From positions 1,152,001 through 1,216,000 of the forward strand of contig CAWDEM010000004.1 of the NCBI GenBank assembly GCA_963801355.1: a stretch of DNA of 64,000 bases, given 5' to 3'. How positions within the stretch are numbered: position 1 is the first letter of the stretch; each line of letters starts with the position of its first letter. The position numbers and the translations under genes were made by a program. The stretch comes from Ignavibacteriota bacterium. GTDB taxonomy: Bacteria; Bacteroidota; Ignavibacteria; UBA10030; UBA6906. The notes beneath the pieces were generated by a model that searched no databases, was not told where the DNA came from, and worked only from the letters and a program-made list of their open reading frames with translations. Below, piece by piece: positions 1-9,977 of this stretch.

Positions 1-51
1 CGGTCATCGATCGGGACGGATGGTCAGTGTTGCGGGATTCTCCCCGAAGGG

Positions 52-80
52 TTGACTTCACGGGCTGATTTGGCTATGTT
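52..80 (+). promoter_or_regulatory. Putative sigma70-type promoter, probably the native glmS promoter
   Basis: TTGACT (52-57), 17-nt spacer, TATGTT (75-80). The predicted start site falls at about the CTAG IS target site. Confidence 0.55.
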
Positions 81-89
81 TTTGTCTAG

Positions 90-1650
90 GTGTCTGTCCG
101 AGTAATAGTTTTCCACATATAGTGTAACGTCCTCATCTGTTCGTATATTTGTGGGAGAAACAGTCGATGTCCCACAATGTAGTCGAGCGATGAGTAAGAC
201 ATACCGTCCGTTTGAGCCTGACCAGATGTTCCTTTTGCCGCCGTCCTTGATAGATTGGCTGCCGAAGGATCATATGGTGTTCTTTCTCAGAGATATCCTG
301 GAGAAGATCGACCTGAGTCCGATCACCAGCGTGTATGAACGGGAGGAACGGGGATTTCCTCCGTACCATCCGAAGGTGATGACGGGGATCCTCCTGTACG
401 GATATGCAACGGGTATCTGGTCCTCACGGAAACTGGCCAAGCGCTGCCAGGAAGATGTCGCTTTCCGGGTGCTGGCGGCGAACAATGGACCAGACTTCCG
501 GACAATCAGTGACTTTCGCAAGCGACACCTGACATCATTAGAGCATCTGTTCAAAGAGATCCTCATCCTTTGCCAGAAAGCGGGGCTGGTGAGGTTTGGC
601 CACATCGCACTGGACGGGACAAAGGTGAAAGCCAACGCTTCAAAACACAAGGCGATGAGCTACGGCCGCATGAAGCAGGAACAGAGTCGTCTGGGGCAGG
701 AGATCGCTCATTTACTCAAAGAGGCCGAGAAGACTGACAGACGGGAAGACCGCAAGTATGGCCCCGATAAACGGGGAGATGAACTCCCCGAAGAACTCGT
801 CCGCCGCGAGACACGTCTGGCCAGGATCATGGAGGCCAAACGGGCGTTGGAGGAGGAAGCCAAGCACAACAAGGACGATGATCCTCCTTCCGGGCCGCCG
901 ATGGCAAAAGTAAAGAGCGAGAAGAACTCCAAGACCGGTAAGGCAGCACCCACGGACCGTGCCCAGAGAAACTTCACCGATCCGGACTCCCGTATCATGC
1001 CATACCAGAAAACATTCATTCAGGGGTACAATGCCCAACTCGCAGTGGACAGCGCGCATCAGATAATTGTCGCAACAGATGTCTCCAACAGCCCGACAGA
1101 TGAATCGCAACTAAAGTACATGCTCTCACGACTTCCCCGAAAACCGCGGGTCTTCTCTGCTGACGCTGGATACGCAAGCAAGGACAACATTATCTACCTT
1201 AAGAGACGAAAGATCGATGCCTACATCGCGTGTGGTCGAGAGAAGAATGGCCTGAGAGATGATCCCCCTCCCCGTGGGCGGATGCCGGAGGGGCTCACAC
1301 TCCAGGACCGCATGCGACGCAAAGTTCGAACTCTCAAAGGGAGACGGCTCTACGCCAGACGCAAGGCGATCGTTGAGCCACCGATCGGCCAGATCAAGCA
1401 TGCGCTCGGCTTCCGGCAGTTCAGTCTCAGAGGTCACCCAAAGGTGCAAGCTGAATGGTTTTTGGTGAGCGCGGTACATAATCTGAGGAAACTGTTCACC
1501 GCTTGTCTCAAAAAACCTGCGATACGGGATCTGCTCCTGGTCACCTGATCAAGAAAAACGAACGGTTGTCAAAGAACTATACTGGTGAACCGTCCAAAAA
1601 CATGCTTCACCGGATTCCAACTACATGAACCTACATACTCGGACGGTCAC
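90..1650 (+). mobile_element. IS1182-family insertion sequence, 1561 bp, with 4-bp CTAG target duplication
   Basis: Left IR GTGTCTGTCCGAGTA (90-104). Right IR TACTCGGACGGTCAC (1636-1650), reverse complement GTGACCGTCCGAGTA, 13/15 match. CTAG flanks at 86-89 and 1651-1654. Single transposase ORF; lower GC than neighbouring genes. Confidence 0.92.
190..1548 (+). CDS. IS1182-family DDE transposase
   Basis: N-terminal QMFLLPPSLIDWLP..H, GFPPYHP, SSRKL, PDFRTISDFRKRH; catalytic-type motifs IALDGTKVKANASK, TDPDSR, GYNAQ, ADAGY, RRKAIVEPPIGQIK. ATG 190 preferred over GTG 151. Confidence 0.93.
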   Translation: MSKTYRPFEPDQMFLLPPSLIDWLPKDHMVFFLRDILEKIDLSPITSVYEREERGFPPYHPKVMTGILLYGYATGIWSSRKLAKRCQEDVAFRVLAANNGPDFRTISDFRKRHLTSLEHLFKEILILCQKAGLVRFGHIALDGTKVKANASKHKAMSYGRMKQEQSRLGQEIAHLLKEAEKTDRREDRKYGPDKRGDELPEELVRRETRLARIMEAKRALEEEAKHNKDDDPPSGPPMAKVKSEKNSKTGKAAPTDRAQRNFTDPDSRIMPYQKTFIQGYNAQLAVDSAHQIIVATDVSNSPTDESQLKYMLSRLPRKPRVFSADAGYASKDNIIYLKRRKIDAYIACGREKNGLRDDPPPRGRMPEGLTLQDRMRRKVRTLKGRRLYARRKAIVEPPIGQIKHALGFRQFSLRGHPKVQAEWFLVSAVHNLRKLFTACLKKPAIRDLLLVT

Positions 1651-1684
1651 CTAGTCTCTATTTGCCGGGAACAGGGAGGTAACC

Positions 1685-3523
1685 ATGTGCGGCATCGTCG
1701 GATATATCGGAACGCAGAATTGTGTTCCATTCATACTCGAAGGCCTGCGCAGGCTGGAGTATCGCGGATATGATTCTGCGGGGATCGCGGTTGTCCGCGA
1801 CGGTGTGCTGCTCATCCGCAAGAAAGCGGGGAAGGTGTCCGAGCTTGCGAAGTTGCTGGGGGAGGAAGATGGTGCACTGACTGCACCCCTCGGGATGGGT
1901 CACACACGGTGGGCCACGCATGGCGAACCGAACGACATCAACGCCCATCCGCACTGGGATCAGAAGAAACAGATTGCCATTGTCCATAATGGCATCATTG
2001 AAAACTACATGACGATCAAAACGAAGCTGATGCGTGATGGTCATCAGTTTCTGGGCGCGTCCGATACCGAAGTGCTCGCCCATCTGATCGGGGTCGCGTT
2101 CGAGCAATGCGGTGATCTGACAGCGGCGGTGCGTGCGGCACTCGCCGATGTGGAGGGAACGTACGGAATCGTCGTGCTGTCGCCGCAGGCACCCGATCGC
2201 ATCGTCGTTGCGCGCAAAGGGAGTCCGCTCATTATCGGCGTGGGCGATCACGAGAACTATGTCGCGTCCGATGCTTCCGCGATTGTTGCCCGCACGCGTT
2301 CGGTCGTGTACCTTGACGACGGCGAGATCGCGGAAATCACGGCAGAGCATATCCGGACCATGACGATTGACGACGTGGCCGTGGAGAAATCCGTTCATCA
2401 GATCACCCTCGAGTTATCGCAGATTGAACGGGGTGGCTATGATCATTTCATGCTGAAGGAAATCAACGAGCAGCCGAACACCATTCTGAATGCGATGCGG
2501 GGCCGCCTGCTTGTAGAAGAAGGGGATGCCAAGCTCGGCGGACTGCAGAACACGATCGGCAAGCTTCTGAGTGCACGCCGGATCATTCTGACGGCGTGCG
2601 GTACATCATGGCACGCGGCACTTGTAGGCGAATATATGCTGGAACAGATCGCGCGGGTGCCGGCGGAAGTGGAATATGCGTCCGAGTTCCGCTATCGCGA
2701 TCCGATCGTCAATATCGACGACGTGGTGCTGCTCATCAGCCAGAGCGGTGAAACAGCGGATACGCTCTCTGCATTGCGCGAGGCGAAGCAGAAAGGGGCC
2801 ACAGTGCTGGGGATCGTGAATGTCGTGGGGAGCAGCATTGCCCGGGAATCGCACGGCGGGGTCTACGTGCACGCGGGTCCGGAGATCGGGGTTGCTTCCA
2901 CCAAGGCCTTCACATCCCAGCTCACCGTCCTTGCGTTGATCACGATCATGATCGCACGGGTCCGCGGGATGAACCGGGAACGCGGCATCACGCTGGCCAG
3001 GGAGCTTGCCCAGTTGCCGGAGAAAGTGTCGCAGGTGCTCCAGCACACCGAGGCTATTCAAAAGATCGCACAGGAATTCAAGGACACGCAGCATGTGCTC
3101 TACCTCGGCCGTGGCGCGAATTTCCCGGTGGCACTTGAGGGGGCGTTGAAGCTGAAAGAGATCTCGTACATCCATGCCGAAGGCTATCCTGCCGCTGAAA
3201 TGAAGCACGGGCCGATCGCGCTGATCGATAAGAATATGCCGGTGGTGTTCATCGTGCCCCGGGACGGCATTTACGACAAAGTGATCAGCAATATCCAGGA
3301 GGTCCGGGCGCGGAAAGGCCGCATTATCGCGGTGGCGAATGACGATGACACGGAGATCGAGGGGCTCGCCGAATTCGTGATCCGCGTCCCGCGGACCTAC
3401 GGATTCTTCGGACCGATTCTGAATATCATCCCCCTGCAGCTGCTTGCATATTACATGGCCGTCGCGAGGGGGACCAATGTGGACCAGCCGAGAAATCTGG
3501 CGAAAAGCGTAACCGTCGAGTAA
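1685..3523 (+). CDS. glmS: Glutamine--fructose-6-phosphate transaminase (isomerizing)
   Basis: MCGIVG N-terminus, LEYRGYDSAG, GHTRWATHG, SQSGETADT, VASTKAFT, ALKLKEISY, PRNLAKSVTVE C-terminus; SD GGAGGT upstream. Confidence 0.99.
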   Translation: MCGIVGYIGTQNCVPFILEGLRRLEYRGYDSAGIAVVRDGVLLIRKKAGKVSELAKLLGEEDGALTAPLGMGHTRWATHGEPNDINAHPHWDQKKQIAIVHNGIIENYMTIKTKLMRDGHQFLGASDTEVLAHLIGVAFEQCGDLTAAVRAALADVEGTYGIVVLSPQAPDRIVVARKGSPLIIGVGDHENYVASDASAIVARTRSVVYLDDGEIAEITAEHIRTMTIDDVAVEKSVHQITLELSQIERGGYDHFMLKEINEQPNTILNAMRGRLLVEEGDAKLGGLQNTIGKLLSARRIILTACGTSWHAALVGEYMLEQIARVPAEVEYASEFRYRDPIVNIDDVVLLISQSGETADTLSALREAKQKGATVLGIVNVVGSSIARESHGGVYVHAGPEIGVASTKAFTSQLTVLALITIMIARVRGMNRERGITLARELAQLPEKVSQVLQHTEAIQKIAQEFKDTQHVLYLGRGANFPVALEGALKLKEISYIHAEGYPAAEMKHGPIALIDKNMPVVFIVPRDGIYDKVISNIQEVRARKGRIIAVANDDDTEIEGLAEFVIRVPRTYGFFGPILNIIPLQLLAYYMAVARGTNVDQPRNLAKSVTVE

Positions 3524-3544
3524 CGGAGAGACCGAGGAAATCCG

Positions 3545-4381
3545 ATGAAACACGAAATGCGTTTCAAACCGAATGAATGGGCTCTCGTCCTGGGCGCTTC
3601 CAGCGGGTTCGGGGGAGCAAGCGCAATCGAGTTCGCCCGCCACGGTATGAATATTTTCGGCGTCCACCTGGACCGGCAGGCGACCATGCCCGTGGTGCAA
3701 GGAGTTCTCAGGGAGATCAGGCACGCCGGCAGAGAAGCGATCTTCTTCAATATGAACGCGGCAGACGCCATCAAACGCAATGAGACGCTCGACGAGATAC
3801 AGGAACGGTTCGGGACTCACTCGCAACAGACGGTCAAGGTACTGCTGCACTCACTCGCGTTCGGGACCCTGAAGCCGTTCATCGCAAAGAAGCCGGATGA
3901 GGCGTTGACACAGGCACAGATGGAAATGACCATCGACGTCATGGCCAACAGTCTTGTCTACTGGGTGCAGGGATTGGTGGGGCGCGGCTTAATGAAACGC
4001 GGGGGACGAATATTCGGCATGACCAGTTCCGGCGGGCACAGCGTGCTGCCGGCGTACGGTGCGGTGTCCGGTGCCAAAGCGGCCATGGAATCTCACATCC
4101 GACAATTGGCGATGGAGCTGGGCCCTCTGGGAATAACCGCGAATGCCCTGATGGCCGGTGTGACAGACACGCCGGCGCTGCGGAAGATCCCCGGCTCCGG
4201 CGGGATGCTGCAGATTGCCCGATGGAAAAATCCGGGCGGACGCCTGACCGCGCCAGAAGATGTGGCCCGCGCACTCGTCCTCCTGTGTGAAGACGGCGCG
4301 TCGTGGATTTCCGGCAATGTCATCGGGGTGGATGGCGGAGAGGACATCGTGAGTTATGTCGGGCAGAAGGGGGCCGAATAA
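3545..4381 (+). CDS. SDR oxidoreductase, enoyl-ACP reductase (FabL/FabI)-like
   Basis: LGASSGFG cofactor motif, Y-x6-K catalytic motif (YGAVSGAK), AGVTDTPAL, VDGG. Confidence 0.8.
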   Translation: MKHEMRFKPNEWALVLGASSGFGGASAIEFARHGMNIFGVHLDRQATMPVVQGVLREIRHAGREAIFFNMNAADAIKRNETLDEIQERFGTHSQQTVKVLLHSLAFGTLKPFIAKKPDEALTQAQMEMTIDVMANSLVYWVQGLVGRGLMKRGGRIFGMTSSGGHSVLPAYGAVSGAKAAMESHIRQLAMELGPLGITANALMAGVTDTPALRKIPGSGGMLQIARWKNPGGRLTAPEDVARALVLLCEDGASWISGNVIGVDGGEDIVSYVGQKGAE

Positions 4382-4412
4382 CCGCGACCCGGTGTACAGA
4401 GGTGCCTCCGCG

Positions 4413-4610
4413 CTACGGTTTCTTCTTCTCCCGCAACAGGAAAATGGTGCCTGCGATCACCATCACTCCTCCCCACCAGATCGCAGGATGTGTCGATCCC
4501 AGTGCTGTCTGGCGCGCCGGGGGAGTGATATAGTCGAAAATCCCCGCCACAACGACGAACACGCCCATGATCGCCAGGGTCAGTCCGACAAAGAACCAGA
4601 TCGATTTCAT
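4413..4610 (-). CDS. Small two-TM membrane protein associated with the SSS transporter
   Basis: 65 aa with two hydrophobic segments; SD GGAG; directly downstream of the SSS gene. Confidence 0.7.
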   Translation of the reverse strand: MKSIWFFVGLTLAIMGVFVVVAGIFDYITPPARQTALGSTHPAIWWGGVMVIAGTIFLLREKKKP

Positions 4611-4622
4611 GGCGTGTTCTCC

Positions 4623-6284
4623 TTACCAGAAGTAGATGTTGAGCGCGACGAGCACGACGACGGAAATGACTGCCCAGGTCTCCGGTCTGCGCATGAGAGG
4701 GACGTGGATTTCGCCGACCGCAGGCGTAAATCCTTTTACCAGGCCGACGAGGTCAGCTTCAGGTTTCTTTTTCGTGAAGAAACTGATGACGATGGTCGAG
4801 ACAAAGCAGATCAGCCATGCCCACCAGGCGCGCCAGAAATTCGCGGCCATATCGCTTGCCGATGTGGAGAGTGTGAGCACCGAGTTATCGACCCACTGGA
4901 ACTTCACCGCGAGGAACAGGAAGAAGGATGATCCCATGCCGGCAAGCAGGCCCCAGAAGGCGGCGGTGGGGGTGATCCAGGGGATGAACATGCCGAGCAG
5001 CATGGTGGCGAACAGCGGAGCGTTCACCCACGAGAAAATCGCCTGCATGTAGTCCATAATACTCGGGAAGCTCTTCGCCCAGTATGCGGTCACGATGCTG
5101 AGCAACACTCCTGCGACCGTGGCGACACGGCCCATCCAGAGCAGATGTGCGTCCGAGGCATTCCTGTTGATCACCGACTTGTAGATGTCGTAGGTCCAGA
5201 CCGTGTTGAATGCGCTGATATTTCCCGCCTGCCCTGCCATAAATCCGGCCAGCAATGCCGTGACCCCGAGGCCGATCAATCCACTCGGATAGTAGCGGGC
5301 GATCAGCAACGGCAGCGCGGAGTCGTAGTTCACCTGGCCTCCCTCCTGGATCAATGCGAACCCGCTGCCGGGGTCACGGGAGAGCGCGAGGGCGATCAGG
5401 CCGGCCAGAATCACGATGAAGGGGAGCGCCATCTTGAAAAACGAGGCGAGCACCGGGGTCATGCGCGCAGAGCGGAGGTCTTTCGCGGAAAACGCCCGTT
5501 GCACCACCAGAAAATCGGTGGTCCAGTATCCGAACGACAGAACGAACCCGAGGCCGAGAACAATTCCTGCCCAGGTAATCATCATGCCGTTCTGCGATGC
5601 GTCGCCGGATGTGGACCAGAGAGTGGAAAACGACTCCGGAATCCGGTTGAGAATTTCCTGGACACTGCCGATTTCGACGATGCCGAGGATAGACACAAGG
5701 AACAGCCCGAACCAGATCAGGAAGAACTGGATGATCTCGGTGAAGATGGCGGACATCAAACCGCTCATGCCCACATACACAGCGACCGTGATTGCCGAAA
5801 TCCACATGCTCACGTTCCAGTCCCACCCGACAAACGTGCGAAGCACGAGGGCCATGGCGTACAAGTTGATGCCGGAGACAAGGAGTGTCATGACGCCGAA
5901 GGCGATGCCGTTCAGGACCCGGGTTTTCTCGTCAAAACGGAGCTTGAGATATCCCGGGATCGATTTGATGCGGCTGCTGTAGTAGAAGGGCATCATGTAG
6001 ATGCCGAGGAACAGCATTGCGGGAATCGCGCCGATCCAGTAGAAATGTGCGACGTACATGCCGTACTTGAACGTGTTACCGGTCATGCCAAGCAGTTCCA
6101 GCGCTCCGAGGTTGGCAGAGAGGAACGCAAGGCCGGCCACCCACGAGCTGTTCCTCCTGCCCGCAAGGAAGAAGTCCTCCTCGCTTTTTGTGTAGCGCTT
6201 GAGGTAGAAGCCGAGTCCGAGCACGACGCCGAAGTAGGAGGCAATGACGAGCCAGTCCATGACACCGAGACTGAGAGCTTGCAT
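4623..6284 (-). CDS. Sodium:solute symporter (SSS) family, probably a sugar transporter
   Basis: DFFLAGR, LSANLGALE, YWTTDFLVVQRAFSA, SAFNTVWTYDIY; about 13-14 hydrophobic segments. Confidence 0.93.
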   Translation of the reverse strand: MQALSLGVMDWLVIASYFGVVLGLGFYLKRYTKSEEDFFLAGRRNSSWVAGLAFLSANLGALELLGMTGNTFKYGMYVAHFYWIGAIPAMLFLGIYMMPFYYSSRIKSIPGYLKLRFDEKTRVLNGIAFGVMTLLVSGINLYAMALVLRTFVGWDWNVSMWISAITVAVYVGMSGLMSAIFTEIIQFFLIWFGLFLVSILGIVEIGSVQEILNRIPESFSTLWSTSGDASQNGMMITWAGIVLGLGFVLSFGYWTTDFLVVQRAFSAKDLRSARMTPVLASFFKMALPFIVILAGLIALALSRDPGSGFALIQEGGQVNYDSALPLLIARYYPSGLIGLGVTALLAGFMAGQAGNISAFNTVWTYDIYKSVINRNASDAHLLWMGRVATVAGVLLSIVTAYWAKSFPSIMDYMQAIFSWVNAPLFATMLLGMFIPWITPTAAFWGLLAGMGSSFFLFLAVKFQWVDNSVLTLSTSASDMAANFWRAWWAWLICFVSTIVISFFTKKKPEADLVGLVKGFTPAVGEIHVPLMRRPETWAVISVVVLVALNIYFW

Positions 6285-6326
6285 GGCGATGGATCTCCAG
6301 AGAATCGATGAGATATTAGGAATAGC

Positions 6327-6355
6327 AACATACGTTCCGGAGTTGTTGAATGCAA
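6327..6355 (-). promoter_or_regulatory. Putative sigma70-type promoter for the SSS gene
   Basis: Minus strand TTGCAT (6355-6350), 17-nt spacer, TATGTT (6332-6327). Confidence 0.5.
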
Positions 6356-6402
6356 GGGGGAAATGGAGTCAGGCCCCCGTCTCCTCACGCCCTTGAATCT
6401 GC

Positions 6403-6460
6403 TTGACTTTTCAACAATTTCCATATATTGTCCATACATCATACGTAATACGATATACTT
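6403..6460 (+). promoter_or_regulatory. Putative promoter of the hexuronate operon followed by a heptamer-repeat operator
   Basis: TTGACT (6403-6408), 17 nt, TATTGT (6426-6431); then CATACAT-CATACGT-AATACGA-TATACTT (6433-6460). Confidence 0.55.
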
Positions 6461-6476
6461 ACCCCTGCAGGTCCTG

Positions 6477-7220
6477 ATGGACACACCGTTTACCAAAATC
6501 CAACGCCCTTCAACGCTGAGCCAGGTGATTGTCGAAAACGTCGAACAGTATATCAGGGATCGGAAACTTGTCCCGGGGCAAAAACTTCCCACTGAACAAG
6601 AGCTCTGTGAGATGTTTTCCGTAAGCCGGACGGCGGTGCGCGAAGCCCTGCGCATGCTGAGCGCCCGCGGGCTGATCACCATCAGAAAGCGAAGGGGCAT
6701 GTTTGTCAGCGACATGTCATCATCGCACGCCGTCTCCACGATGGGGTTATTCCTCGAGCTCAAATTCGATAAGGACTACATTCTCCACGTGTTCAATGTA
6801 CGGCGCGCGATAGAGCCGGAGGTATGTCGCTGGGCGGCGCAACACCGGACGGCCGAAGACATCGCCGTCCTCCGGAAAAACCTGGAGAAGATGGAGGGGT
6901 GTGATCCGGAAGACCGCGACATTGAAAGCGTCCTTGATCAGGAGTTCCACTCGACCGTCACCGCGGCCAGCAAGAATCCCATCGCGCCCGTTGTTCTCGA
7001 GCCGATCTTCGCGTTGATGCCCAAAATCCGTACGATGGTCTACGGCAACATCGCCGACTGCAAGAGCTCAGCGCTGGACTATCACCGTGAAATCTTCGAC
7101 GCAATCAATCGGCAGGACGACGAGCGCGCATGTACCCTGATGCGCAATCACATAACCCGGGCAGCGCTTCAGGCAAACGAAGCGATCGACAGGATCAACC
7201 AGCTACAGGAACATCTATGA
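6477..7220 (+). CDS. GntR/FadR-family transcriptional regulator
   Basis: KLPTEQELCEMFSVSRTAVREAL winged HTH; FCD domain with DQEFH..ASKNP and YHREIFDAI..MRNHI. Confidence 0.93.
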   Translation: MDTPFTKIQRPSTLSQVIVENVEQYIRDRKLVPGQKLPTEQELCEMFSVSRTAVREALRMLSARGLITIRKRRGMFVSDMSSSHAVSTMGLFLELKFDKDYILHVFNVRRAIEPEVCRWAAQHRTAEDIAVLRKNLEKMEGCDPEDRDIESVLDQEFHSTVTAASKNPIAPVVLEPIFALMPKIRTMVYGNIADCKSSALDYHREIFDAINRQDDERACTLMRNHITRAALQANEAIDRINQLQEHL

Positions 7221-8527
7221 ACACAACCGCAACCAGCAGTGTCGGACGGCTGTTCGCCGGCAACTACCGATGGGTCGTTTGTGCATTGCTCTTCTTTGCC
7301 ACGACTGTCAACTACATTGATCGTCAGATTCTCTCCCTGCTCAAGCCCATTCTCGATGAGGAGCTGCAGTGGACCAACGAGCAGTTCGGGATCGTGAATT
7401 CCGCATTTCAAGGTGCATACGGCATTGGTCTCCTGGCCTTCGGCTGGTTTATTGACCGCTTCGGCACAAAGATCGGGTACGGTGTCTCCATCGCCGCCTG
7501 GAGCGTTGCTGCGATCGGGCACGCCCTTGTGAGCAGTGTGGGTGGTTTCATGGGTGCCCGGATTGCGCTTGGTCTGGGTGAGGGGGGCAACTTCCCTTCG
7601 GCCATCAAGGCGGTGGCGCTCTGGTTTCCCAAAAAAGAGCGGGCGTTTGCCACGAGCATCTTCAACGCCGGAACCAACGTCGGCGCAATCATCGCTCCGG
7701 CGGTCGTCCCGTGGATTGCCTTCACCTGGGGTTGGCAGGCCGCTTTCATCGCCGCGGGCATCGCCGGATTCCTCTGGCTGTTCTTGTGGATACCGTTCTA
7801 TAATGTCCCGGAAAAAATCAAGCATCTCCAGCAGAAAGAGTTCGCACACATTCACAGTGATCTGGACGATTCGGTCGTGGGGGCGAAGACCTCCTGGGGC
7901 AGTCTCCTCCGGTACCGGCAGACGTGGGCATTCCTTGTTGCAAAAGGCCTCACCGATCCCATCTGGTGGTTCTTCCTTATCTGGCTTCCGGATTACTTCA
8001 AGCAGACACGCGGGTTGAATATCAAAGAAAGCTGGGTCCATCTCGTCACGATCTATGCCATCGTGACGGTTCTGAGTATTGCGGGAGGATGGATCACCGG
8101 GTATATGGCAAAACGGGGCTGGACCGTGACACGTGCACGCAAATCAGGAATGTTTCTCTTTGCGTTGCTGGTGGTGCCAATTTATGCTGTCACCACAGTT
8201 GGTGACTGGACAGCGGTGCTGCTCATCGGACTCGCGGGTGCCGCACACCAGGCCTGGTCAGCGAACTTGTTCACCACCGTGTCTGACATGTTTCCCAAGC
8301 ACGCAGTGGCTTCGGTCACCGGTATCGGCGGCATGGCCGGGGCGTTTCTCGGGATGTTCTTTCCGTTCTTGACGGGAAGGCTCCTCGATGTGTTTAAAGC
8401 CTCCGGAGACATCACCGGCGGCTATACGGTGCTGTTCACCATCTGCGCATTCGCATACCTGGTGACATTTGCCATCCACCACCTGCTCGCTCCGCGGTTT
8501 GAACTGTTCGACATGAATAAGGGATAG
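7217..8527 (+). CDS. exuT: MFS hexuronate transporter
   Basis: YRWVVCALLFFATTVNYIDRQ, GEGGNFP, FNAGTNVGA, TDPIWWFFLIWLP, AAHQAWSANLFT; ATGA overlap with the GntR stop. Confidence 0.9.
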   Translation: MNTTATSSVGRLFAGNYRWVVCALLFFATTVNYIDRQILSLLKPILDEELQWTNEQFGIVNSAFQGAYGIGLLAFGWFIDRFGTKIGYGVSIAAWSVAAIGHALVSSVGGFMGARIALGLGEGGNFPSAIKAVALWFPKKERAFATSIFNAGTNVGAIIAPAVVPWIAFTWGWQAAFIAAGIAGFLWLFLWIPFYNVPEKIKHLQQKEFAHIHSDLDDSVVGAKTSWGSLLRYRQTWAFLVAKGLTDPIWWFFLIWLPDYFKQTRGLNIKESWVHLVTIYAIVTVLSIAGGWITGYMAKRGWTVTRARKSGMFLFALLVVPIYAVTTVGDWTAVLLIGLAGAAHQAWSANLFTTVSDMFPKHAVASVTGIGGMAGAFLGMFFPFLTGRLLDVFKASGDITGGYTVLFTICAFAYLVTFAIHHLLAPRFELFDMNKG

Positions 8528-8534
8528 CACACCA

Positions 8535-9977
8535 ATGAAGACACGCCCGTTCATCCATGAGCGTTTTCTGCTGGAAAACGACATCGCGGTCGAGCTGTAC
8601 GAACGCTATGCCCGCGACCTCCCGATCATCGACTATCACTCGCACCTGCCTCCCGCCGATGTTGCGCGCAACCGTACCTTCGACACGCTGACGCGCGTCT
8701 GGCTTGAAGGCGACCACTACAAGTGGCGCGCGATGAGGTCCAATGGAGTCGACGAACGTTTCTGCACCGGTGATGCAACCGACTGGGAGAAATTCGAAGC
8801 ATGGGCGGCAACGGTGCCGAAGACCCTCCGCAATCCGTTGTACCACTGGACGCACATGGAACTGCGGCGTCCGTTTGGCATCGACGACATCCTGTTAAGC
8901 ACAGAGACGGCGCGCAGGGTCTGGGATCGATGCAATGAGCTCCTGCACCAACCGGACTTCTCGGCGCGCGGGCTTCTGCGTCAATTCAACGTAGAGGTCA
9001 TCTGCACGACGGATGATCCCACGGATACCCTCGAGCACCACCGCGCGGTGGCTGCGGATCCCACATTCGGAGCGAAGATGGTCCCGGCGTACCGTCCCGA
9101 CAAAGCCCATCGGGTTGATGATCCGGTCTTCTTCAGAGGGTGGGTGGAACGGCTGGCCGCTGCAGCAGACATGACGATTGTCTCCTACATGGATTTCCTG
9201 GATGCGCTGCGCAAACGTCACGGGGTGTTTCATGACCTCGGATGCCGCGTGTCCGACCACGGACTCGAGAGCATCGTGGCCGACGACGCCTCTGCGGCCG
9301 ACATTGCCGGCATCTTCCGGCGTGCGATGGACGGCCATCAGGTGAGTGCCGCGGATGCCCAGAAATTCGGGGCTGCGCTGCTGTTCGAGTTCGGCCTCAT
9401 GGATAACGAGCGTGGTTGGACCCAGCAATACCATCTGGGGGCATTGCGCAACACGAATCCCCGCATGTTCCGCACACTCGGTCCGGATACGGGGTTCGAC
9501 ACCATCGGTGACTTTGACATCGCACGCCCGCTTGCCCGCATGCTCGGCAAACTCGATGATGCCCGGGCGCTGCCGAAAACCATCCTCTACAACCTCAATC
9601 CGCGCGACAATGAGCTGATGGCGACAATGATCGGGAATTTCCAGGACGGCAGTGTCCCCGGAAAAATGCAGTACGGGAGCGCATGGTGGTTCCTGGATCA
9701 AAAGGACGGCATGGAACGGCAGCTCAATGCGCTCTCCAATCTGGGGCTGCTCAGCCGGTTTGTCGGGATGCTCACTGATTCCCGCAGCTTCCTCTCGTTT
9801 CCGCGGCACGATTATTTCCGCCGGGTCCTCTGCAATATTCTCGGCAATGAGATGCAGCGCGGCCTCCTGCCCAATGAGATCGATCTGGTCGGGCCGATGG
9901 TTTCGGATATCAGTTACTACAACGCGAAGTCGTATTTCGGATTTGACGTTCCTTCCTCCAAGGAGGCTCTCACATGA
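8535..9977 (+). CDS. uxaC: Glucuronate (uronate) isomerase
   Basis: PIIDYHSHL, GDHYKWRAMR, NPLYHWTH, CTTDDP, GSAWWFLDQKDG, GMLTDSRSFLSFPRHDYFRR. Confidence 0.98.
   Translation: MKTRPFIHERFLLENDIAVELYERYARDLPIIDYHSHLPPADVARNRTFDTLTRVWLEGDHYKWRAMRSNGVDERFCTGDATDWEKFEAWAATVPKTLRNPLYHWTHMELRRPFGIDDILLSTETARRVWDRCNELLHQPDFSARGLLRQFNVEVICTTDDPTDTLEHHRAVAADPTFGAKMVPAYRPDKAHRVDDPVFFRGWVERLAAAADMTIVSYMDFLDALRKRHGVFHDLGCRVSDHGLESIVADDASAADIAGIFRRAMDGHQVSAADAQKFGAALLFEFGLMDNERGWTQQYHLGALRNTNPRMFRTLGPDTGFDTIGDFDIARPLARMLGKLDDARALPKTILYNLNPRDNELMATMIGNFQDGSVPGKMQYGSAWWFLDQKDGMERQLNALSNLGLLSRFVGMLTDSRSFLSFPRHDYFRRVLCNILGNEMQRGLLPNEIDLVGPMVSDISYYNAKSYFGFDVPSSKEALT

Noticed and set aside
1566-1583. Outward-facing IS promoter TTGTCA...TATACT
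   Set aside because: The spacer is only 6 nt, incompatible with sigma70.
1-1684. glmS ribozyme upstream of glmS
   Set aside because: Only ~30 nt lie between the IS and the ATG, and the reconstructed empty-site leader is also too short; no ribozyme core was recognised.
1658-6311. Long antisense and alternate-frame ORFs (e.g. 2606-3850, 5145-6311, and many more across the window)
   Set aside because: They shadow well-supported genes, lack family motifs, and are expected in GC-rich DNA.
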